Positions 24,201 to 39,200 of a DNA stretch of 64,000 nt are shown here, in pieces. The notes under the pieces are model-generated. The model was not told the DNA's origin. It made no database searches and saw only the letters and a list, made by a program, of their open reading frames with translations. Both the position numbers and the translations under genes were made by a program. Source of the DNA: Botryllus schlosseri (taxonomy: Eukaryota); NCBI GenBank assembly GCA_051294905.1, contig CM119377.1, positions 8,866,001 through 8,930,000 of the forward strand, written 5' to 3'. Each line of letters begins with the position of its first letter. Position 1 is the first letter of the stretch.

Positions 24201-27200
24201 AATTTATCAACGAGAATTGTATAGTTTCGATACTATTTTCTATTTTGGAAGACTGTGAACCTCGATTGGTCGAGTATGCCAATCAAGAGTACGCCACACA
24301 TAGGCCTCAGTATCGGAGACGAGGTACAGGATATGTTTACTACACCAGTGATCGATGCGACCGTCGATTATTTTGACAACTATTTCAATTGCTCGGGCAA
24401 GATCTTTCAGACGATAGTACTAACTTTAATTCCCGGTACAAAGTGTTACTTTATTATGGAATTGGTAAAAGCTCCGATTTATTGGGAACAAGCTACACAT
24501 TTTGAGCAACTCCAACTGCTGTATGTGAGCATGAAAAATGCACTCTCTGCCAAGTCTCACTGGTCTGCCGTACCTTTACGATGTCTGGTATGCGTTGGTG
24601 CAACAGACTCATGCTATCTCTTCCTCCCGCAGACTTTACATACCTGACCACGCCAGTACTGATAAACTTACCGATTGATTCGCATGTTGGAACGGTGTGT
24701 CGTGAGGCATGGTTTCTTTCACCGCGCTTACGAGCGTAGTCCCCGTATCGGCCGATATCGACGGCTCGTCGAAACCAATTGATGTGCAAAATGAACTCTA
24801 AAAGGAAATACATGTCCTGTCAGATTGAATTGTTATACGCAAATTTTGTTTGTATTATTCATGATGCTTTCGACAACAATGGTCATTTACATTTCTTTTA
24901 TTTAGATTCCGTATCTGCATACTTGTAGCACGGCTCACTTCTCGGCTTTTAAGACACAGCAAATCTAACACGTGACAGAGATGTTTCCAAAATTGTAATC
25001 ATATCATGCCTTCCGTGTCCGGTCAATACCGAGAACGACACGACCGAGAAAGTGGAAATTCAAGGAACTCTGATGTTGAGATTACCGAAATTCTATGCGC
25101 GTACATTTGTGCAAACCGTACATTGGGTGCCAAATCTCAGATAAATAGATCTCGTTCTCAATAATGTCCATATCGGTAATGTCCATTCTCGGTTCTGTCT
25201 TTCTCGGCAATGTCCATTCTCGGTAATAGCATTCTCGGTCGCGTCCATCTCGGTAACAGCATTGGTATGGAACCATGCTTTTCCTTGTTATCCTTGATAC
25301 AGCGGAATGTAATGCTTAAAATCTCACATTTTTTTTTATTACTGGATCAAGGTCACTGTAGGCTACATACATAGGGCTACCAGTTATACGCCATAGCGTA
25401 TAGGGTAAAATGGAGCTATCAGTACTTTCTGGTAGCAAATTTAATTTCACACACATTTCAAAGGGTAAAAACGAAACAAACACCCCAATCATTATGGAGA
25501 TATATCTCAGGAGTGTATATAATGGGGTGGGTCTGTTCAGTTGTACAGCTCTTCGCGACTTCTTGGGGTGGGACGTGCAAACAAACTCCACTACACCTCT
25601 GGTGATAAATCTCTATAAGAATTGCTGCATTTGACTCATTTGCACTCATCGGAATGAGGGTGAAAGCAAAATCTTGTACTAGAAAGTTCTGATTCCCTGA
25701 CTTGCTTATTCGCATCCTACACTGGTGCATATTGGAGAATTACAGGATTTGCGCTTACAGGGTGGGTGTTCCATTCATCGACTATTTCCAGTCGTTTCTC
25801 TTTCTGCTCTCTCCTGTTTTTTCATCGTATTGTGATCTTGTGCGGTTTTGAAGTAATAAAATTTTAATCACCCGAATCAGATACATGAAGACGGCAACTC
25901 TCTCTAGGAAGTGGTCATAATATCGGGTGCGTTATTGTCACTTATGTTGTTGTTGTGGTTGTCGTTGTTTCTGGTACTCATCTTGTTTTTCGGCTGCGTT
26001 GATCATTTACACCAGGTCGATATTCTTTATTTTGATTCCGTAGCTGCCGACTCGTAGCTCGGCCTACCTCTAAACTTTTTTAAGGCACCGCTCACGCGGA
26101 TCAGATGACCAGGACGATCTGGCAGAGTGCGATGTACATCACGCTTACCATTATGAATTCCGAATCTTCTTCAAACTTGGACCGTGTCTCATCCAAGAGT
26201 TCGTCAGAACTACCACTAGACAGCAGCACAGTGTCGAACATCTCCAACATTTTCTCCGCCTGGCAACAGAGGCGCTTGTTAATCGCGGAGGTGATAAAGA
26301 AGTGCCTCTACTTTTCGGAGTACGCAAGTAAGTGTGCGTGTACATACCTGCACTACTTACTCAAGTGGTTGCGTTTATAGTCTACTATCGGTTTTACTTC
26401 CCGGTAAAACTACTTCATTTTTACATTTTCAATTTTGCAAATTGGAAAAATAGTTCTGCGGGGACAAGTTAATATCACTCTTATCACTGAAACTGTGATA
26501 TCAACCGTGAAAAATAGCCTCTGTATCATCTTAATTGAATATCTTTCAGAAAGTCTCATCTATTTGAACTGCCATAAGTCACTTTGCGTTCGTCGCAAAA
26601 ATGCATCTCAGAATTTCGAACGCAGCCTCCCCCGATTAACTAACTGCTAAATGTTTGCGACCCACACATGCCGTATCTAGACCTATTGAAATCGCTTACT
26701 TGAGTATTTTTATACCTTCATTTTCATTTTCACTTAAAGTAGTTTTGACTGATCTTGGACATAGCTACTTCCAATTGTAGTTGAGACGAAGTTTGCGGCA
26801 TCACTTCTAATTCTACTTGAGTAGCAATGCGGACTATCTCTGGTTAATCGATCGTTTAATGTGCGCTGCTCACCATGTCCATTGTCACGGCGTCTCTTTC
26901 CTCGTCTGTTGACCGCTTGCGTCTTGAAGTTGCTTTAAGAAATAAATCCGACAATTGTCGAAATCATGAAGCGAAAACACGGTATGCCTGCTAGCTGACA
27001 GTACCTTCTTTCTGGTAGAGTTTCTCCAACGTGACGTCAACAAGTTTAAGGCCGACACGCTTCGATTTATCTGACAAGGACACGTTCCCCTCGAAACTCC
27101 TCAAAAGATTTCGGGCGTCGTCCAGAGCATCGACAGCCTCTCTGATCCGAAAACAATACAAAAGTCATAGTTTGCGATGGTGTTTGTTGTTTGTGGTATT

Positions 27201-30200
27201 CATGGCGTGTGTCGACTGTTATAGTCATTTACACCAGGCCAATATTCTTCAGTTTTATTCCGTATAGCTGCCGTATTGTCACACGGCTCACTTCTAGACT
27301 TTTATAAGACACCGCTTACACGGATGAGATGGCGAGGAGAAGCGTAGATAAAACTCCAACACTTAGGCATGAATTTTGGAGTCGACCTCAGTTGGACTCG
27401 TATCCGCAACCCATTGGTGTTGCTGCTGTTGATCATACCACTACGCTATCTCGCCACAAGGGCCAAGGATCATTTTGACACTACGGTGCAGCAATGCAAA
27501 ATGGTACTCAGGTACTCATGGTATGGAGCAAAGCAAAGATTTCTATTGAAGGAAAACGATATTGTCTCTGTGCAAATGGAGAAGGAATGGTGTAAGTCTT
27601 CATCGCTACTTGTGACGCCATACTCGAGCAATCAGTCCGTACTGGAACAGCGAGGAATCACGGGGCTATGACGAGAGTCGGTAAAAGTAGTTAGTATTAG
27701 CCTACTACTGAAGTAGGTATTTCCAGGACATGCCAAAACTACATCATGTATAAGTCGGAAATGAATGGTTAGAAAAGTATTAAAGTAAGTATTTTCAAAA
27801 ATTAGATTTGGTCGCAGGCGTCGCATGCAATTAGTTGTAAATAAGGAGGGGGCGGTCTGCTTTCGAAATTGAAAACTGTATCTTTGCAAAAACGCGAAAT
27901 GACAGACGACACTATTAGTAAAGCTGTTTAGGAAATATTTCAAAATTTTCGAGATTTCGGCAAGTTGACACAATGATTTCACTCACAAAATTGATACAAA
28001 CCAATACCAAAAGTACTTCTTACTTTACAAAAACCAATGTATGAAAAGCAAATAGTTTTCCGTCAACTGTTAGGCAGAAGAGGGAGTAGTAGGCAAACAT
28101 AAGTTGAGTCAGTACTCCAAGTATTCCAAATCTACTTGGATACTCCGAAAAGGAAGAAGCATTTCGTTATAATGACCACCCCCAACCGTGACTGACGTAA
28201 CGAATATCATGATGTCACCCGTTCAAATTCCAAATTACGGAAGAGGGCAAAATCACCTTTTCGTTTCCGGGTCGAACTCATCCATCTTTTCCACTGTTGC
28301 ATCAGCGATATTCTTAATCTCTAACCGGGCGTCGCCAGATAGAGTAACTCCTTGTAATAAAAGGAGGTTCTTCACTGTCTCGTCTCTGTTCCCTGTGTAC
28401 GAACATATAAGAAACCAACTAGCAAAGAAAACTAGAGTAGAAATAAACGACTTAAGATATTGTCGGGTGAGTGTCATGGTTTGTACGGAACACTAGAAAA
28501 TATTTGAAGGGAAATTATTATAATTTAATAATGTTATTTTCACAGGAAGCGACGAGTGGCGAGATAGCGTAGTGGTAGAATGCACAGCTGCAACACCAAT
28601 GGGTTGAGGGTTCGAGTACGACCGAGGTCGACTCCAGAATTCTTACATTAGTGATAGAGGTTTATCTATATAGGCTCCTTCTCGCCCTCTCATCCGTGTA
28701 AGCGGTGTCTTATAAAAGTCCAGAAGTAGACCCTGCTACAAGTCGGCAGCTATACGGAATGAGACTGAAGAAAATTGGCCTGGTGTAAACGACCATTGCA
28801 GTCGATAAACACCATGAATACCACGAACAGTAACAACAGGAAACGACGACAGGCTGAACCGTAACGTCACAAGCATATGGTGATCTCACCATTTTCAAAA
28901 TAATAAGTGAAACGCGTGTAAGATTCATCTTTGCCCTACTTCTTCGTACCTGTTTATGTATTTGTGCACTACTGAACCTGATCGAGTTGAAATAGCACTT
29001 CTCTACAATATTGAATAGAAACAAAGATATTCCCAATACTAAAGTTGGCACATAGGCTAATCGGCGGTTGTGAACAACAATATAGCGATAGTCATGAAGA
29101 GAGATGGATATTCATATTTTGAATTATTGATATCCTCATAGACCAGTGGTTCCCAACCTTTTTGTCTTCATTCCCCACTTCAGATTTATTCGGAGCCTTC
29201 ATTCCCCACCAGGACCGTAACAGCACCTCATCAGCCCACCAAAAAAGTATTGGTCTTGGGCTACCCACATGGTGATAAACCCAACTGCTGGGCGGAGGGA
29301 TTCGAACCTCGTCAGTCCCCTGAGTCGGTACCATTTTCCCTGTTACTTATCAGCTACATTTGGTATACTGTTTAGTGCGTCGCCTTATTTCGACTAAACG
29401 CGCGAAGCGCGAAAAATTTATATAATTCATGTTTGAATCGGTCAATATGGTATGTAATTGCATATATCTTGCTATCAATTTCTTATCCCCTCTCTGCTCA
29501 CGTAATTAGATTTACCGGTAGCGCTGAGTGAGGTGTGTTGGAAAAGGTAGGACCCCTAAATAAGAATTGAACATCTTCGGGCGGACCCGTGGGTATATTG
29601 ACTTCGTTACATTATGCTATTTCGTGACCTCCCATATATGTCAAAAGATTTGGAAATCGCCAAAACTAAAAGGCATACACGATTTCAAATTGGTATTGCT
29701 TTACTGACAAATAATTTTTCCCTGCGGGATGGCATATGTCCTGTGGGATTCAGATCGCCAAGACAGGAGCATTTGTCGCCAGCCATTTAGCCGCCTATGG
29801 ACAATTAATCATATAAGTATATTGTATATGTATCAAAGTTTTCGGTCACCACAAGGGCATTCCTTCTCGGCCAAGGCCTTCTCGCTGCTGATCGTTCATA
29901 AGCCTTGGTTCGTCGTGGCGCAGTAATGACCGACGCCGAAGTCTCCATTTCTATAAATTCTACGTATTTTCGTGGGGGAAGGGTACCCAATAATCAAGAT
30001 ATTCGGCAATATTAAATCACGCACCCAGCGCAAAATATATTTTGCAAAAGTGGCATAAATTAAAAAAAAACTCTATTATTTATGTTAATTCACGAAATAA
30101 TTGTGGGCTTATTCGAGCTCGCTCTTCCCCAATTGGGGGGTTTGGCGTGCGGCAGTTACGGTCCTGTTCCCCAATACCCAACACTTTTATCATCACAGAG

Positions 30201-33200
30201 CAGCTATTTGCTGGTTTGACTACACAAGACACACAACCACACCAGTACGCAAGACAACCGCCTATAACTGCAACATAAAACGGATTGTGAGCCGATTTTT
30301 CCGAAAGCGTTATTTCACGTCAAACTGTCGTTCTGGATGCGTTTGTGACGCCATCATTGGCCATCCATAGTTAAAAATGAGGTTTTGTGAACAATGCGCA
30401 ATGTAATTTTCGATATATACATTCCAGAGCAGTTAACTGGTAACGGTAATTGCGCATGTGTCTCCGTCAATATGTAGACTGTCCTGTATATAATTTTGAA
30501 CAAATGCATCTATTCCCAACCAGAAACCATTGAATTCCCCACCAGAATCCATTGAATTCCCCACCAGTGGGGAATTCCCCACCGTTTGGGAACCACTGTC
30601 ATAGACTCACCGGACACTAGCGCTTCAACGGCTTTGCTCTTAATATCGTCAATGACCTCGTCTTCAATTTCGACTGGAAATACCGGAATGAAGGCCCTTT
30701 CCGTTTCTACAGTTTCGTCGTCATCTCCCAGTCGTACAAATACCACAACGGATAGGTTATGGTCTTCGTCTTCCATACCTATATATGTGGGAAGTTTAAA
30801 TGAGAATGCAACGGTGTTCAAATCGTAGAGATTTCGGAACTGGAACAAAAGCACTCAAAGTACCACGTAATGAGTAGTTTGAAAAGTAATTAAGGGCGTA
30901 ATGGTCATTTAGATTTTCTTCGCATCATCTTGCCATGTCTTCAAAACTAACGGAAAGCAATAGCTTCGATTCAAATCGACTTTGCTGGATTCTGATATTC
31001 GTATCCGACTCTGAAACGCCAACTGACATTACTCGAAATTCAGTGTGATTTCATCAATTAAACTGGTGGGAAAATTTTGGTAAACTGTTTTCTGCAATGC
31101 AAAAGCTAGCCATGCAAATAAAACAAAGGCTGTAGGGGAAGGCGGTGCACATAAGATACATAATCACAATGGTACGTCGTGAATATTTCAAAAACCCGAC
31201 ATGTCGATGATTTTGTGTCAATCATTTTTCATTGAAATATGCATTTTCTGTTCGTCCAGCGTCTCGCTAAAGTTAATTTGTATTTCAGGATTTGAAAAGG
31301 GTACTTAAGTACCCTTACGAAGAACTTGTATTATACCCGATGGAAGAACTGTAGTGATTTCAGACCGGTCTGAAAACGGCCCCAAATAAGTCAGTCCACG
31401 CCGTCCATTCGATGCTTTACTCGGGTCCAGATACGCAAACCTATAGAATATCGTTTCGCCGGTATCGCTTCCAATCCAATCCACGCCAGACAAAGTAAAC
31501 TCTTCGGTTAGAGAAGTGCCGTTGGAGGGTGAATACTTGAACACAAGAAAAAGAGTTTGAGTCATGAGTATCGCTACGGCTATATTTTTGCAATAAATAC
31601 CTGTATCGATCCCCCTGTAGCCATGGGTGAAGTCTTGATTTGTATGTCGGCGTAAACTATGGGTTGGTCTTCAGTATCCTCGCCATCAGGATGAACTTCG
31701 GGATCGGGTGTTGCTTGCAATCGGAATTTATAAGACGATTCCGGCTGTAACGCGTATTTCTTCAACACCAAAGAAAAATATGCGGGACGACCCCTGCAAT
31801 TATAGATTTCTCGTTATCATATCATCATAGTAATATGCCAAACTTTTACAGTAAAATCTCGATATTTAGGACATAAAAATGCTGTATACGTACGCTTTGA
31901 TTTCTTTTGTCTGTTCTATATCGGTGAGACTTGCTGAAGTCAAATCCACAAAAGAAAATCCTTCGTCATCAATACATGTCCATTTCAAAAACATGGTCCA
32001 GTTCTTGTCCTTGTTTCTGCTCAAATCGCAAAGTCAAGCCACGAATTAAACCTAAAACTTATACATTCACCCAATTATATGATCAACCACGTTACGGCAA
32101 TTTTCAACATGCCAGACACTGCTGGAAAATAGAGGGTGTAATCTGTTGCCCAGTTTCAACCGTATGTTGTCTGGAAGTCTAGGGTGGAAACCATTTCAAC
32201 CATGCATGAGGGACTGAGAGTGGACTAGTATTCCACCATCTATGGTGTCTGATATGAGACACCTTATAGGGAGGAAAATTGAATCACTTGAAATGTGAGG
32301 CGGGTAATAATTTGTCAATCACTGATCTACATTCGTACCCCATAACGATGGCAGTCATGCGCGCGATCTTGCTCGGCGGTATGAAGTCTTGAAGCAGATC
32401 CTTCGCACTCGCAAAACTAATCGAAGGTAGGTGGTATTCGGAATCTTGAAGGAATACGTTGATGCTGTCGGAAGCAGATCGATTCTCCGACTGAACGGTT
32501 AAAGTGACGTTGACCCTGAAAGCCGAACAAGCAGCATTAGTACGGTTATATAATGTAATAGGGATTTAGGAACAGACCACTTGCACTGTTATGCCTTACA
32601 CATACTCGTGTGCGGTAATGAGACGTGAAATCACCATATGACTAAAATTGAAACGTGAAAATAATAGAGATTGAGAGACATAGAGGACTAAATTGAGAGA
32701 GTATATGCCAGCATAACGAAATCAATCAGTTGTCGTTGTATTTTATTCTTCTTCGCAGAAGTGAAAATTATTTTTAGCTCTAGTACAAATACGGTGGTTC
32801 TATTATGAGGAAAATGACAGCTGTCAAACATTTCTCGGCACTTTCAACTTTAATTTGTGATCACGTCATATGTAGGCCGCGTTGGCCGTGCAATCATATT
32901 TATTCAGAGTCGTTCAAATTTACTGGTAATTGGATGCTATATTTCCAGGGACCCCCTCCTAAAACCACCATATACGTAACGCGTAGATACTGATATGATG
33001 TCTCTTCGGAGATTTGCAGTAAAAATGGCCATATGCTTTGACGATTAATCCAGCACTGCGAAGGACAGTAATTCTCATCGCACAACTCCTTTATGGAATT
33101 GTACAGAGAACTTGCGATATAAAATCAAACAATCTGACCATAGCTAAACGTTTCTGAATCGGGTTGAGATTTGTTGTTAGGGCAAAAGTATACAAAAATT

Positions 33201-36200
33201 ATCGGGTATTGCGTTATATTCCCTTCCGTCGCTTCGCGATTCACATTTACATGCGATTCTCTGAAACACACCGGTCACACCAAATATGGACTCTTAACTC
33301 TGTGACAACTAGTGCAGTGGGGAAGCGAGTGGCGCAGTTGGTTAAACACTGTATAGTCATGACATCGATGGTTGATGGTTCGAGTCTCGGCTCTGCCGAT
33401 CCTGATGTAATACAGCGCATTGAGAAGCCACGACGAAGAGTGAGCCGAACTCGTGAAAGGAGGCAGCAAATGAGCCGAAAAAAGACTCAAGTTCAAGAAG
33501 ACATGCCATTATGCCATTATGAAATTTACTGTTTGGGCGCAAATAACCACGATGTTGCAAGCGCCAATTATATGCGTTAATAAAACAACAACAACAACAA
33601 CTAGTGCAGTGTATACTTACAGCAGTCCAGGCGTAAATTTATCACTGGGGAAGACTAATACGCTTCCTTCTTGGTAACGGGTAAATGCAGCGTCCGCTCT
33701 TTCCATAGAAGATCCGTTGTCTCTTTTCACAGAGCACGGAGCACCCGTCATGAACTCTTCACAAGTCCAAGTGTGGGTTAACTCGCCCCCATACGGATCC
33801 TGGGACCGCGAACCATCGATTACCTGGCAACAGTTCACGATAGGGGTTAGAAGAACGGTCTGAAGTGAATATAGTGAAATCTGTACGTTATACCATGCTT
33901 TTGTCTGTAGTGATCATTCTTGACTTGGGCCCTGATATCTTTGCGACAATCGGGCTTTCCTCTACTATTACCGTAACTGACGAAGTGGCTGTCTTGATGT
34001 GTTGGTCGTTGGTGTACATGGCTAAAAATCATAGCGGTCAATAGTAGACCTACCACATCACGAATCGCAGAGGATGTGAGGAAATGGTACATGATCTACA
34101 ATTCTACATATTGTGTATAGCTTGCAAATGTAACGGTATCGCGGTTACATTGCTTTATTCCGAAATGTGTCACGCAAACACACGAGCATGGCAGTTGTCA
34201 CGTGCATAATGTAAGTAATGCGAATGGGTCATTTTGATATGTGATATCTTGACGACGTATGCCTTGTGACGCCACTTTCGAACTACTTCAGTGGTTCTCA
34301 AACTTATTTAGAAACGCCCCCCTTATCGTCATATACGAAAATGCAACCAGAATGTTGACAATGGTATGGAAGGTTATGACTGTTGATCAGAGAATTCTCT
34401 AATATGAAATTCGGACTACACACAGGGTAATACCTATGAATTGAAGGAAAATCGCGCTGATCGCGAAAAAACTTTTCAGTTGACTTCAGCTTCGCGCCCC
34501 CAGTTTGAGAACCACTGTACTGGTTCGTTCCTGGCTTGATCTGCTCTATGTTATTTATGTATGCACCGTGCCCAATAGAGAAAGGGAATAGAATTATTCT
34601 AATTCGAAATGAAATCATATTCAGTAAAACATTTTGATTCATGCATGGAAATGTTTTTACCTGTTACTGTAAATTTGTAAGAGCCCGATGGCAGAGCTCC
34701 ACGGCCAAGACTCAATTTCCGATCACGAGTGTCCTGCAGAGCAACAATTTTGCCAGCACTGTTGTAGGCTTCCCATGAATAGTCTATGCGCATATCATCC
34801 GCGCTCTCCGCGCTCAAGCTTTCGTTACTCATTTCCCCATTACGAGACGTCTTGATAAATTTGGCGAATGCCTAAAGGCAAGGATGAATATGAAGACATA
34901 TCGTAGCAATATAGTTCTGGCCCTCGGATAGATATCTGCTTGCTCTAGTCTAGTCTATAATTCCAGCTTAACCACTCAACGTATAGTAGTCTACTAAAAG
35001 CGTTACCTTCAAATTTAGAAGCGACGCAGATTTGATGACTCTCTGGTAGGACCCCACAACGTATACTCGCAGGTCTGAATTTTCGGCTTTTACACGAATC
35101 ATCGCAGTTACCGTTGGTCCTGTTTTATTGATTGAGTTGGTCGCATGGACCGATATGTTGTAGCTACCGCCGGATTCCATCATGCACTGTGATTAAAATT
35201 TTGGCAGAAGCATCAGCGGTGATGCACATTTTGGGTCGAACATTTCGGGTTTGAGCCAAACCGGGCAGGATTCGTGCAAGAAGATAGAAGGTATGAAGTG
35301 CAGGTTTTTGGTTCGGATTTGGCAGCACCATTGTTAATCTGATACAAGCTCAAACCTGTTGGCCGGTTCGGGTTTGGGTCAATCTCCACGATCCTATTGC
35401 ACCTCATACGGGACAGGTTTCTACTTTATATCGTACTTGCGATTAACTGGCGTATGTCGATGAGATTTGGACAGTGAAAGGTTTTCGTTCCGAATTTTTC
35501 TACCATAGACAAGGTCGTGGCCGACATTCAAAGCGCATCAAAAAGAGGATGACAGGATCACCAATAGCTTTCCCGCGATTTCAAAAAGTCATAGTCTCAG
35601 TATCGGTGATTATGCCATACTCTATGTGCATCCGAATTCGACTATACGCCAATGTAAGTATATACAGCACAGACATGTTTTGCATATGCGCATACCACTG
35701 CACTCTTATAAATTGAACACAGCATTTCAATCCAAATAATGCTTGGGCGTATAGGGACGTATAGGGAAGTATTGGGCACGTATAGGATTTATAACCACGA
35801 TATAATTCCTAGTTATGTTCTTTTTCCATGTATCACCTCTGGGGTGTGAATACACACTCTTTTCGGTGAAAGTGTGCTTTCTGTATATCGAAGGGTTTGG
35901 TTCTATATATGTATAGGTAACTGTTCGCGATATAGAATATTAGGGTGATGAGAGTCTCTGATACAACAAGATCAATAAATGGTATTCCTCAAGTCTCCCC
36001 ACAGTCAAAAAGCACCATATATATATGCTTACAGGGCCCTGGTTGAATTTGATCACCGCCTTCCTTTTTCCATTTGACGCTTTCTTGAGGATCTCAGCTA
36101 CGGCGCCGTTATTTGAGCCGAATCCATCCGCAGACCAATGATATGAAAAGTCCCAGGAGCCAGCTCCCGACACGCCGACGTCCATTAGGATCGAATCGCA

Positions 36201-39200
36201 CGGGTCCACTTCTTCCGGCAGGCGGAGGTACACTTTTGGCTCCATCTAACATTTTGATTTGACTTCGATAAGTAATATATAAGTTAAAGTCTCTCATATA
36301 CTCGCTTGAACTTTGCCCAGTGAAATATATAGCCTACCCCGTCGTGATCATGAAACTATTTATTCAATTCGGGCGTGGGCTCATTAGAATTGAAATGAAG
36401 AATAAGGAATGACCAAGGATCAATATGCTTGAATATTATGTACTTTGTACAATCTTGATAGTGTAGCATTAGATAGAAAACCAACATTTTTGCATCATTT
36501 GACTGGTCTGATTCGCAAGGGATCAAAAGGTCTGCCTACTTTACACACGGTTGTTAAAGCATAAACCCAATAATTAACACTCAAATATATCATTCGGTTG
36601 CATATCACCTCTTTCAAAGGTGGCTGAACATTAACTTCAATCTCTGGAATTGGCTCCGTTGCTTCCCTGCCGCGAACTACATCTCCTTTCAACGTGATCT
36701 TGGGGAGATTCATCCCATGTCCTATAGAATAGTTATAATGGTTGAATTGAAAATGTCAGTTAAACTTGATCCGCCGTCTGAATGAATCAATGATTGGAAT
36801 ATAATGGCATCCGATTTCGTATTCCATACCGATTTCCATTTGGATACAGGCATGTATCATATGTCGTTTCATATTTTATTAGCGTTCTGATAACATTTAC
36901 AGTTAGGTGTACATTAAAGATTATGTGTGCCGGGGGTTTATTTATCAGTAAGAGTAAGAGGCGCATACCTGTTGCCATCACAGCGAACTTCCCCGGCCTA
37001 ATGTACAAGACGGCTCTGGATCCTTGTAGAAAGCATTGAGGTCCGTCCCCCAGCAAACGGGAATCCTAATGGCGGCAAATATGCATATTCGAATGAGTTT
37101 GTAAATCAAACGATTCGAAATAAGCTATGCACCTTCAGCATGTTTTGACATAGTTGTTCCGTCGTCAATTTTGCTTTGCCGTTGACCAATGCCACCTCGG
37201 AATCGAATTTAACCGTCACGAAATTGAGATCGTCCGAAATCCTGGCTTCACGTACTGACGGTGCTCGTTTCCTGGATTTTCAAAATTTAATTCCGACTCC
37301 TTATACGCGGGAAAGGAGTCAGAGCATAATCCAGTTATTAGAAAGTGTTTTTTAAAACGATCTTTCGAACATTAGCAATCTCTTCATAATTTTAAACCTA
37401 TACTCCTGGTTCCCAGTATCTGGTATGAAGTGTCTATTACAAGTGTCAACAGGACGTGGTCAATGTAGCCAGCGTTGGTACTGAAGTCGACGTAGTAGCG
37501 CGGTGTTTTCGACTTAATTACAAGTAGAAGTAGCGATTTGCAACATACGCCAAAACTACATGAAGTAGAAGAAGAAAATAGGAGAAGTACTCAATAAAAA
37601 GTTTCAAAAAGTAAATTAGGTAGGAGGTCACGACTATTTAAGAGTTAATCGAAAATGGTTATCTTCGGAATAGCAGAACCAAATAAGTAATCTAAAAGAG
37701 TAGAAGTACATCGTCACTGACCAACTCAAGTGTTATCGCCCTCTACCCTAGATATCATGAATATACTGTATATACAATGTACAATACGGCCTACGTATTG
37801 GTTGTTTATAGCTAGGCAAATTCCGATCTGTTTGGATATGCGTGCCAACGATCCCATACGTAACTAAGTACCTGTATTCAAACGATAAACCCCCTTTTAC
37901 ACTTTTCGCGATCGTCGTAGGACTCGAACTTTCGACTTCTCTTTTCGGTAAAACATATATACTCGAGATGACAGGACGGGAAGAGTTAGGGAAAGTGCAT
38001 TCGACGCGGCTTGCATCGATCCTCCTAAATAGAAAGTGACATTTGAGCCTAAATAAAGGCGTTTGCGTTCATTATATATCTGAGCATTGTCAATAAAGAA
38101 GCGTTTCACTGGTTAAGTTTGTTCAACCGCCGACGTAGCACATTAGACTGCGCACTCCTTCAAATACTGTCAGTATTAAATGACTTATTATTTTGTTACG
38201 TCCTTTTTAAAAATAATTGTACGGCACCTCTTCCCTTGCGGCTAGATCTCCGTTTCGTGATGAATAGCATTTAGTATAGGGCATTTCAATTGGTGACGAC
38301 ATGGTGGGTATCGATGAGAAACGCTGAGCATGAACTATTCATCCGTCTTACGAGTGGAGATTATAGAATATAATTTCGTTGACAGTAATACGGAGGTTCT
38401 AGATCAGTGGTTCTCAAACTGGGGGCGCACCCCCTTGGGGGATTGAAAGCATCTGGAGAGAGGCGCGAATCTGCGGTCAACTGAAAAAAGATTTCGTGCT
38501 CTGCGCGATTTACCACCGATTAATGGTTTTGCTCAGTGTTTAGTCCTAATTTCATATTTGCGGATTATATCATCAACAGTCATAACCGTCCATGCCATCA
38601 AACTATCCGTTAGGTTTGCTAGCACTTTGGTTGCATTTTGCGATAAGATTATAAGGGGGCGCGAAAATTTTCACTATCATGAAAGGGGGCGTATCTACAA
38701 AAGTTTGAGAACCACTGCTCTATATGGATAACAAGAGCTAACCTCGCGTCAACTTTATATATTCGCGTCGTCGCCAGGAAAGACTGCTTTGCGACAGTTT
38801 CTTGTAGCCCACTTTCGAACAAGGAATCCGTGGCGACGTAGAGGGCGACGCACAAAAGATCCATGCCTTGCGGAAAACTTTCGCCCTCAATGACAACGTC
38901 CCCGCCTCCACCATTTACGAGTAGGTAATCTGGCTGGATTGAGACCAATCTCCATGGGGTGATTGCACGTACGTAAATCGGCATTGCGAACGAGGTGCTT
39001 CAAAACAGAGGGAATTTGTTGCGAATGGATATTTGATTCACGAAAGCGAGTCGTTACCTGTCGCTACCAGACTCGCAACTCAGGTTCCACTTCATAAAAC
39101 TGGTCCCGTCGGGTAGGATTTTAGAATTCTTAATCGCGGCTCTTGGTAAGGCGTGAACTTTAAAGACAAGAACGTAATGGTTTAGGCTAAAAGTGTCATG

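Noticed and set aside
25160-25262. CRISPR-like appearance of short repeats
   Set aside because: Eukaryotic context, degenerate tandem units with no unique spacers, no cas genes.
29729-29990. ORFs between REJ and GAIN exons
   Set aside because: Inside the TSD-flanked hAT element 29144-30598; not needed for frame.
33320-33400. tRNA gene calls at SINE heads (also 28557, 58581)
   Set aside because: No complete cloverleaf or oligo-T terminator; followed by SINE bodies, tails and TSDs.
37897-38109. 70-aa ORF taken as an exon frame
   Set aside because: Wrong frame; the true exon is 37872-38024 (RIDASRVECTFP...LSFEY).
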